A DNA stretch of 57,404 nt from Verrucomicrobia bacterium UBA3750 (GTDB lineage: Bacteria; Verrucomicrobiota; Kiritimatiellia; RFP12; UBA1067), in the NCBI GenBank assembly GCA_002371755.1, contig DFGM01000105.1, positions 19,349 through 76,752 of the forward strand, read 5' to 3'. Below the pieces are notes generated by a model that saw only the letters and a program-made list of their open reading frames with translations, searched no databases and was not told the origin of the DNA. The translations under genes and the position numbers were made by a program. Positions 37,501 to 43,789 of this stretch are shown one piece after another; within the stretch, counting starts at the first letter, position 1; each line of letters starts with the position of its first letter.

Positions 37501-40500
37501 AAGACGATTGAGATTGGAGCGAACGGCCTGACACTGAACAATGGATTCACGTCGGGCACGTTCGGCTACATCATCGCGGCGGACATCACTGGCTCCGGCC
37601 CGATCCACTTCGGCACTCGTCACAACGATGCGTCTGTCGGCCAGTATTTCTTGACCGGCTCGCTCGATGGCTTCACCGGCGCAATCGACTTCGGTTCGCT
37701 TACAGCATATCGTCCTGCGGTCATAATCAAGGATTCCAACACATACGCACCTGCGGTGAATGACTATGGTCAGATTATCGTCGCGGCAGAGCGCACGGTT
37801 ACGGTCTCCGGCGCATGGAACGCTCCGGGCGGTATCGTCGTCCTCGGCAAGGTGAACGTCGCTTCCACCGGCTCGCTCACCTCGACCAATGGTCTCTGCG
37901 GTGACGGCACGGTTGCGTATGCGGCGATTCCCTCCACGGCTCCCGGTTGCTGCGCCGGCGGCACGTCCTCCGGCACCAACCGCGAGATTCCGGCTTGGAC
38001 TGGCACGGTTGTTCTGCCTTCGCGCACTGGCTCTGGTTCGGTTGCTCTCGCCGGTCTCGGCAGGACTGGCTCGAAGATTGTCGTGAATGGCATCACCGGC
38101 ACGGATGCGAACAGCATCTATCTGAGCGATGCATCAGCAATCAATGGCACCGTTGAGCTCAAGGGCGACGTCAAGTTCACGAATGGTTCGACCGGCGCCA
38201 ACTACACGTTCGCCGAAGTGACCGGCACAGGCAACATGTTCCTGAGCGCGACGGGTTCCACCGGCTCGCCCTACTACACCTACACGTTCACGAAACTGAC
38301 CGACTACACGGGCGAAATCAACGCCGTCAAGACTTCCGACTCGAAGTATGCGGCTCTCGCCATCGGCACGGTCGCGGTGAGCGAAGTTGTTCCCGGCACG
38401 CCTGTCGTGAAGCTCGCGGCTAATTCCAACCTGACGACCGATCCTGCGGCTATCGCGGTCGAGGTCGGCGGCGAGGCGACGGTAGACAAGCTCTTCAAGG
38501 CCGACGACGGCAACCTGTATGTCGCAGTTGCGTCCGTAACGGTGACGCCTGAGGAGGGCGATCCTGTGACCACTCCGTTCGCGACGTATGAAGCGGCAGC
38601 GGCGTTCGCCGACGAGAACAGCGTGACCGAGTTCGCGGTGCTCTTCGGCGATGGCGCTGTCAATGGCTGGAACTATGACTCCGAGGCTGGTACACTCACG
38701 AAGAACACGACGGCAATCGCCCGCATTGGCACGACACAGTACGATACCCTCGCTGCTGCGTTCGAGGATGCCACGGCTGGCGACACGGTCGTTCTCTTCG
38801 GCGCCAGCGCTGAAAATGTCACTGTTGGCGAAGGCCAGACGCTCGTCGTCGAGGGTGCCTACACTGGCACTCTCTCCGGTTCCGGCACGGTCGATGCCAA
38901 GGTCGTTACGACTCCCGCCGGCTTCTCTAGCTGGACGGGCACGTTCGTCATGAACTGGAATACGTCTGCGGCGACGAGCGGCACGGCGTGGGTGCTTGAC
39001 AATTACGGCAATGACGGCTCCACCGTCGTCATCGCCCAGCCGATTGCGCACGGCTACTTGAAGAAAGTAGGCTCAAACGCCGCTCCGTCCATCGCACCTG
39101 CAGTGTATCTCAAGGCCAACGTCAATCTTGATAACGGCTATGCCGGTAGTAGTCAGGCGACGACGTTCTCGCAGCTCGGCGCCGATGAAGGCGTGACGTT
39201 CTCCTTCCGCTACCTCGCTGGTGCGGTAGCGAAGGATGCGACCTATTACACCATCACGAAGTTGAAGGACTTCGCCGGTGCGTTCGTCCTCAACCCCTAC
39301 AACCAGGTGACGGTCGAGTCGGTAGAACTTGCGGCAACGCCTGCATTTGGCACGAAGGTGGTCAGCGCCACTGTTGCTGGCACGGCATCGCTCACCGGCA
39401 AGATTGCAGATGGCTATCCGCTGGTCGCCAAGGCTGACGGTCTCTACTTCGATCCTGTCGCGCAGGTTGGCGAAGCGTACTACAATACGCTCGCGGAAGC
39501 CATCACGGCGGCGAACGGAGCGACTGTTGCGCTCGTGAAGTCCACAGAAGAGGGCGTTGTCGTCGCGGCGGGTCAGACGGTTGTGATTAAGTTCGGCGAA
39601 TATAGCACCGGCGACATCACCGCGGCTACCGACTACGTCCTCAATACGAGCTGGGACGATGCCACGAAGACCGGCACCTACACCACTACGGCTGTTGCTG
39701 CCTACCTCATCGTCGGCGAGACTGTGACGCCCTACACGGTCGCCTACACGGCCCTTACGGACTTCATCGCATCCGCCACCGGCTCCACCCTCAGGTTCGT
39801 CGGCACCAATCCGTTCGCCGATACGCCCGTGCCCTGCACAACCTATGATGCCGCGACGCTCACCTACACGAAGCTCGCCGCCGTCGCGCAGATCGGCACC
39901 GGTCCTTCCGCAATCCAGTATCCCACCCTCGCCGAGGCTTGCACCGCTGCCGAGCAGTATGGATACGGTACGGTGACGCTCCTCGTGGCGATTGGCGATA
40001 TGACCGTTCCCGACGGCTGGGATTACAACACGCCTGCGGCGTCGGAGACGGAGTTCGGCACGCTGACGAAGGAAATGACGGTGACCTACAATGTCTGGTT
40101 CGTGGATACCGATGGCTCGACCACGCTTGCCGCGATGCAGACCGTTGAAAGCGGCGCCACCGCCACCAAGCCCGCCGAAGACCCTGTCAAGGAAGGCTAT
40201 ACCTTCGTCGCGTGGACTCTGGGCGGAACGGCCTACGACTTCACGACGCCCGTGACGAGCACCATCACGCTCATGGCTTCGTGGGTGTCCAATACCTACA
40301 CAGTTCCTGCGGAGGCGGCGCTTGGCGAAGGCGGCACCCTGACGGTTCCGGAGGGGACGGTGGCGATCAAGATCGGCAGCTATGATGTCACGGCCGGCTT
40401 CACGGTCAGCGGCACCACGGCGACGCTGGTCGCTCCTGTGCTCGCAGAGACAGTGGCGGAGGCCGATGATGCGTTTGTCGTCGGCACCAGCGACGTCACG

Positions 40501-40683
40501 CTGAACGCGACGCTCGTCCCGGGCCTCTACTATGGTGTTGGCTCCGCTACTTCGCTTAATGAGCTTGCGCGTCCTGCGGCACTTACGCAGTTCACCGGCG
40601 AGAATGGCGATGCTTGCAAGAAGGTCACCAAGCCCGAAGGCGACAAGGGCTTCTTCAGGCTCTACGTCGATATCAAGGAGTAA
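34519..40683 (+). CDS. 2054-aa secreted giant protein with PATR-type (autotransporter-associated beta-strand) repeats and a C-terminal Listeria-Bacteroides (Flg_new) repeat
   Basis: Signal peptide MKQRTTRTLLQTVALAGAMAAGTTAFG. GNWSDAANWN and AAWDNPENWSSGYVPDAG motifs. GTGTLTKTGTGTLTITG repeats and a Thr/Glu-rich linker. Flg_new-like VWFVDTDGSTTLAAMQTVESGATATKPAEDPVKEGYTFVAWTLGGTAYDFTTPVTSTITLMASW. No C-terminal beta-barrel or TM is recognisable. Confidence 0.85.
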   Translation: MKQRTTRTLLQTVALAGAMAAGTTAFGDYVYEWGDSASGNWSDAANWNCTDTSTNPWTVVDPAEVPEGAVFTERRILTDKTVNFTTVVDEGLPVLVANGTNTFTASASEVEGVVNGIANSSTVLNVAAPWWYTGNSVLVLASGKYQFGAVNVNVDGTNGGTATLTLNGGTLSTTSVTGTGTLAVGENGGTFDNAEAATIATAITGSGTLTKTGTGTLTITGSISAFMGKIAVAAEAGSVIVGDVTIAAGEEVQFGVYTWTGAGTAVEPEEEGGETTYTDTDLWSNVNNWLVNGSIPATLPADDSVVLFPAGDDVTVTVTETGAHTGKMTIERNVTLVAKNVAGSRDLYLNRISGTGKLTLQGASSSRYLRLALGGDYVIDTDLEVKSYIYLSNGSAKTLVINGALSGNGTISCNGNNDAGIAFYGDTSAFSGSYTGGMRNNGNRDNTKFRGNARGSALASWHFCGYGNTLATPFEVDGVTYQFGSLNTYAGEYKRLTLAGRTSTTIEVGAKGDSNVGGTLSNNGNTLRQVGDSTTLNLTLTENYGTVEAKAGTVVIYGTVAPAAAKFAGTGAKIKIARSKTTTTVVTPAVADGPETEEDETVEEVTETTTTTYIPASFKPGFTDAFVGCQYEVTQETTDGVTYDVYTVLTDVATDSAGTTYDSVALAIAAIEADKTGTLTKAITLAKSTAEAVALPLDYTLALNGNTVGSVTGVAGVAVSYNEETGTWTTDDNSEATWQGDAAGAAWDNPENWSSGYVPDAGTAVTFTGNATVFLSGNNTYDCGSIYISRDNATVTFAPVDYNESNWPRVKVYGNIGAHGNCVLKLYRCGIDNGTTERVTVRPTLQFYNTTGDSWVTGNFQLQASLEGTGEFRVYSGTLDFASGSGITVNDGSTVDFRNYYPTFEGRSGTLSSTGVNGDGRIIVHALPTSSALTYFQNAFKNDERWSGTCELAGISIGNIDAANYGNANSSVCFNGVSGYLRYSANSTTEVGKVKTIEIGANGLTLNNGFTSGTFGYIIAADITGSGPIHFGTRHNDASVGQYFLTGSLDGFTGAIDFGSLTAYRPAVIIKDSNTYAPAVNDYGQIIVAAERTVTVSGAWNAPGGIVVLGKVNVASTGSLTSTNGLCGDGTVAYAAIPSTAPGCCAGGTSSGTNREIPAWTGTVVLPSRTGSGSVALAGLGRTGSKIVVNGITGTDANSIYLSDASAINGTVELKGDVKFTNGSTGANYTFAEVTGTGNMFLSATGSTGSPYYTYTFTKLTDYTGEINAVKTSDSKYAALAIGTVAVSEVVPGTPVVKLAANSNLTTDPAAIAVEVGGEATVDKLFKADDGNLYVAVASVTVTPEEGDPVTTPFATYEAAAAFADENSVTEFAVLFGDGAVNGWNYDSEAGTLTKNTTAIARIGTTQYDTLAAAFEDATAGDTVVLFGASAENVTVGEGQTLVVEGAYTGTLSGSGTVDAKVVTTPAGFSSWTGTFVMNWNTSAATSGTAWVLDNYGNDGSTVVIAQPIAHGYLKKVGSNAAPSIAPAVYLKANVNLDNGYAGSSQATTFSQLGADEGVTFSFRYLAGAVAKDATYYTITKLKDFAGAFVLNPYNQVTVESVELAATPAFGTKVVSATVAGTASLTGKIADGYPLVAKADGLYFDPVAQVGEAYYNTLAEAITAANGATVALVKSTEEGVVVAAGQTVVIKFGEYSTGDITAATDYVLNTSWDDATKTGTYTTTAVAAYLIVGETVTPYTVAYTALTDFIASATGSTLRFVGTNPFADTPVPCTTYDAATLTYTKLAAVAQIGTGPSAIQYPTLAEACTAAEQYGYGTVTLLVAIGDMTVPDGWDYNTPAASETEFGTLTKEMTVTYNVWFVDTDGSTTLAAMQTVESGATATKPAEDPVKEGYTFVAWTLGGTAYDFTTPVTSTITLMASWVSNTYTVPAEAALGEGGTLTVPEGTVAIKIGSYDVTAGFTVSGTTATLVAPVLAETVAEADDAFVVGTSDVTLNATLVPGLYYGVGSATSLNELARPAALTQFTGENGDACKKVTKPEGDKGFFRLYVDIKE

Positions 40684-40698
40684 TCCTTGATTGAGATT

Positions 40699-40756
40699 GG
40701 GCGGCTCGCGTTTATCGCGGCCGCCCTGAGCGGCGGCGGGGAAACCCGCCGCCGCT
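40699..40756 (+). terminator. two consecutive strong hairpins after the giant gene
   Basis: Hairpin 1: GGGCGGC-T-CGCG-TTTAT-CGCG-GCCGCCC (40699-40726). Hairpin 2: AGCGGCGGCGGG-GAAA-CCCGCCGCCGCT (40729-40756), a 12-bp stem with a GNRA loop. No U-tract. Confidence 0.5.
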
Positions 40757-40916
40757 GTGCAGTGCCGACAGCCGCTCCGCGGTTGGTTTGGCGCGGCGAT
40801 GATTGCGAAGTTTGGACAACAACCGGGGCTGCGTCCCGAGCCCTGCTTTGTGGGGTTGCGCACTGTAGAGGGGCTGCGCGTTGCAGAGGGGGTGCGGGGG
40901 AAACCTCCCCCGGTCG

Positions 40917-41990
40917 ATGTTAGAGGGGGTGTGGCTCGTGAAATTGCAATTCGATAAGAGTGGACGGCGCTTTTTCTTTCTCACTTTCTGCGTGAGGGGA
41001 AGGAAGGCAGTGCTCTCGCATATCGTGAAGAAAGCGGAGCGCGACGGCAAGCAGGGCTACGCCGTTGAACTGACGCCGGCGGGCGAGGCCATGGCCGCCC
41101 TGTGGCGAGGCACCCATGCCAGATGGACATTCCTGACAGCGAGCAACTTCATCATCATGCCCGACCATCTGCATTTGCTGTTGATAGCCGATTACGGCAA
41201 GGCGCGGGAATTTGACATTCTCGACTGGTTTCAGCATTTCAGGCGAGAGGGAGAAGATGTTGTCGCTCCCTTGATCGGTGTGAAAGCGCCCCTTGTGTGG
41301 GAAGATCATTTCTGGCTGTTGCTCGTCAACGCCGGACGACCGCTGGCGGCCGTCCGCAAGTATATCAAGATGAACCCGGCGCGGAAGATGTGGAAGACGC
41401 TCAATCCGGATCGCTTTGTCCGCAGGAGCGGGCTGAGGCATGCGGTTCTAGATCCGTCGATTTCATGGACCGCCATTGGCGACTTGACGCTTCTAGCGTC
41501 GCCTTTCATGTTCCCCGTGCGACTGACGCGCAAGATGACGGTCGAGCAGCATTTGCCGGAGATAGAGCGGATGGTCGAAAAGGCCCGTCGCGGTATGCTG
41601 CCTGTATGCGGTTTTCTTTCGCCGGGCGAGAATGCACCTCCGCCGCAATGCACCGATACTACGCGGCGGGCAGGGGTCTGCCCGCCCTACCGCCGGATGT
41701 CGCGGTTGTCGCGGTTGTCGCGTGGTAGGGCATATCCCCCAGCCGAAGGCTGTCCGCGATGCGGATGCCCTAGCAGGGGTGCGAGACCCCTCGCCGCCGG
41801 GTTGATATACTGCGGCGGGCAGGGGGCTCACCGCCCTACCGCCGGGGCGGCACCGATACTACGCGGCGGGCAGGGGGCTCACCGCCCTACCGCTCTACCG
41901 CTGCGGCACTCAAACCGCCCCAACTCCTACTATCCGCAACCAGCGAAATATGGTATAATATACAACCAATGGCAGGTAGTATACAGATAG
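40917..41990 (+). CDS. RAYT-like (REP-associated tyrosine transposase, IS200/IS605 Y1 HUH superfamily) protein; the 3' part of the ORF is REP-derived
   Basis: FFFLTFCVRGRK, HUH motif IIMPDHLHLLL, and catalytic-Tyr motif VRKYIKMNPARK. From about 41640 the frame simply reads through REP copies (RRAGVCPPYRR...GGQGAHRPT x2). The start is uncertain (ATG 40917 or GTG 40938). Confidence 0.6.
   Translation: MLEGVWLVKLQFDKSGRRFFFLTFCVRGRKAVLSHIVKKAERDGKQGYAVELTPAGEAMAALWRGTHARWTFLTASNFIIMPDHLHLLLIADYGKAREFDILDWFQHFRREGEDVVAPLIGVKAPLVWEDHFWLLLVNAGRPLAAVRKYIKMNPARKMWKTLNPDRFVRRSGLRHAVLDPSISWTAIGDLTLLASPFMFPVRLTRKMTVEQHLPEIERMVEKARRGMLPVCGFLSPGENAPPPQCTDTTRRAGVCPPYRRMSRLSRLSRGRAYPPAEGCPRCGCPSRGARPLAAGLIYCGGQGAHRPTAGAAPILRGGQGAHRPTALPLRHSNRPNSYYPQPAKYGIIYNQWQVVYR
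41640..41930. repeat. REP-like cluster, inverted relative to the 33947-34075 copies
   Basis: GCGGCGGGCAGGGGTCTGCCCGCCCTACC at 41664-41692 is the reverse complement of 34016-34043. GCACCGATACTACGCGGCGGGCAGGGG recurs at 41651 and 41851. Variant arm GCGAGACCCCTCGCCGCC lies around 41780-41800. GTGGTAGGGCAT is shared with 34063. Confidence 0.85.
41945..41959 (+). promoter_or_regulatory. extended -10 promoter for the secretin operon (GAAATATGGTATAAT)
   Basis: One mismatch to the window motif. ATG 41969 lies 9 nt after the -10. No SD and no obvious -35. Confidence 0.5.
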
Positions 41991-43234
41991 CGGCCTTTCA
42001 TGGAGGCCGGTTGGATGTGCGTGCTACGGGTGAAAAGTCCAACGAAGCGGTGCTTGCGCTACCGCTCGGGCGGCTTTTGGCCAAAATCGTCCGCATCGAT
42101 TCTGCGGATAAGGAAGGCTCCGTTGCGGCGGCGTTGGCCGAGTTGAAGGCGGCAAGCCCGTATCCCGATGATGATTTGACTCTGAGTCTGGAGACGATGC
42201 GCGAGACAGCATCCGGCCAGATTGCCATTGCCGCCGCTCTTCCTGAAAGCGCCACGGAAGACATAGGCGAAGCGTTGGACGCGGCAAAACTGAACATAAC
42301 GCGCATAGACGCGCTCTCTTTGGGCGTTTTACGCGAGAAATGGCCGTTCATTCTCGGCAATCAACCAGAAGCCGATGCTTCCGTGCGGCGGCTTGTATTC
42401 GTCCAGGAACTTGACGATGTGGCGGCGTTTGCGATGGATGGCGATATGCCAGTCGCGATGCGTGCGATTTCAGGCCTTTCCATAGAAGCGGATATGGTGC
42501 GCGAGACGACGCGCCTTTTGCTGGAGGCCGAAGATTTTGGCGGCAGCCGGGAAGTTGCCGAGGTCGTGACCTTGGGCGACGTGCCGGTGGAAGGGCTTGG
42601 GATTTTCTCCAAGAACATCCGCCGTCTTGAGCTTGCGGTGGAGGATCATGCCGGGTTCGACGGCGTCGCGGAGCGTTCGGTGGAAGAAGGCACGCTCAAT
42701 GCGCTACCCGAGAGCTGGCGCGTCATGCTGGAAGAGACGCGTTTCAAGGGGAAGATGAAAAGGGCGCTAGTTGCGGCGATTTCGGTCTGGGTGCTCGTGA
42801 TGGCGGTTCTTTTCGGGGTTCCGGTGGCTTACGGCTACATGACCGACCATCAGAAGTCGTTGAGCCGCGCCCACTCCAGGCGCTACAACGAAGTGAAGGA
42901 AATGCGCGAAAAGGTGCGGCTTGTGCAGAAGTATTCCGACCATTCGCGCGGCGCCCTCGAAATCCTCAAGGCCGTCAGCGACAGAATGCCGGCGGGAATC
43001 GTCCTCGGCAACTGGAACTTCAAACGCGAAGACGGAGTGCGCTTTTCGGGCGAATCCGACGATGCTTCCAGCGTCTACGTTTTCAAGGACGCCTTGCAGG
43101 CGATGGCGTTCGGCGAAGACGATGACGCCGAGAAGGTTTTTGCGCAGGTGCTTCTTACCGGGCCTTCGGCCACCAAGGGCGGCAAGCAGAAGTTCGATAT
43201 CGAATGCCGGTATGAATCGGAGGAGGAGCGCTGA
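41969..43234 (+). CDS. GspL-like / PilM-PilN-fusion-like bitopic assembly protein
   Basis: About 260 aa of cytoplasmic domain, a single TM ALVAAISVWVLVMAVLFGVPVAYGYM, then about 130 aa of periplasmic domain. The call rests on topology and on its position before PilO-like and secretin genes. Sequence similarity is weak by eye. Confidence 0.45.
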   Translation: MAGSIQIAAFHGGRLDVRATGEKSNEAVLALPLGRLLAKIVRIDSADKEGSVAAALAELKAASPYPDDDLTLSLETMRETASGQIAIAAALPESATEDIGEALDAAKLNITRIDALSLGVLREKWPFILGNQPEADASVRRLVFVQELDDVAAFAMDGDMPVAMRAISGLSIEADMVRETTRLLLEAEDFGGSREVAEVVTLGDVPVEGLGIFSKNIRRLELAVEDHAGFDGVAERSVEEGTLNALPESWRVMLEETRFKGKMKRALVAAISVWVLVMAVLFGVPVAYGYMTDHQKSLSRAHSRRYNEVKEMREKVRLVQKYSDHSRGALEILKAVSDRMPAGIVLGNWNFKREDGVRFSGESDDASSVYVFKDALQAMAFGEDDDAEKVFAQVLLTGPSATKGGKQKFDIECRYESEEER

Positions 43235-43770
43235 TGGGCAAAATGAGTCTAAAGGAACAGGCCGTGCTCGCCGTGCTGGGCGTCATACTCCTCTACGCTG
43301 CCGCGATAGGGCTGTGGTTCATGCGTCAGGATGCGGAATGGAAGAAGTCCGCAAAAGCCTACCACAAGGCAGAGCAGCGATACCGCGACGAGCTGAAGCT
43401 GATAGGCGAGAAGTCCAAATGGACGGAGGCGTACGAGGTGGAAAAGTCTCGCATGCCGCTTTTCGAAGAGGGGAAGAGCACAGATACCACGTGGCTGCAG
43501 AAGATGGACGAGCTTGCGAAGAAGCATCTCGTCTCCATCTCGCAGCGACAGGGCGGCAAGGAGGTGGAGGCCGGCGAAGTGCTGGAGCTTCCCATTGAAG
43601 TGCGCAGTTGGGAAGGTGCGCTTGAGCCGCTGGTCAAGTTCATACACGAGCTTGAAAACACCGACGATGGGATGTTCGATGTGAAGGCGATAAGCTTCAA
43701 GCCGTCGAACAAGCCCGGCTATCTTAAAGGTTCGTTCACGCTCACATGCGCGTATATGCGCCAGAAATGA
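43234..43770 (+). CDS. PilO/GspM-like bitopic assembly protein
   Basis: N-terminal TM AVLAVLGVILLYAAAIGLWF, a coiled coil, and a C-terminal ferredoxin-like segment LELPIEVRSWEGALEPLVKFIHELENTDDGMFDVKAISFKP...GSFTLTCAY. TGATG stop/start overlap. Confidence 0.5.
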   Translation: MGKMSLKEQAVLAVLGVILLYAAAIGLWFMRQDAEWKKSAKAYHKAEQRYRDELKLIGEKSKWTEAYEVEKSRMPLFEEGKSTDTTWLQKMDELAKKHLVSISQRQGGKEVEAGEVLELPIEVRSWEGALEPLVKFIHELENTDDGMFDVKAISFKPSNKPGYLKGSFTLTCAYMRQK

Positions 43771-43789
43771 CGAGGAGGGATGGTGGAAT

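Noticed and set aside
34519-40683. Classical type V autotransporter.
   Set aside because: PATR-type repeats are present. However, the last ~300 aa show no alternating-hydrophobic beta-barrel pattern and no terminal aromatic residue. The protein ends ...RLYVDIKE.
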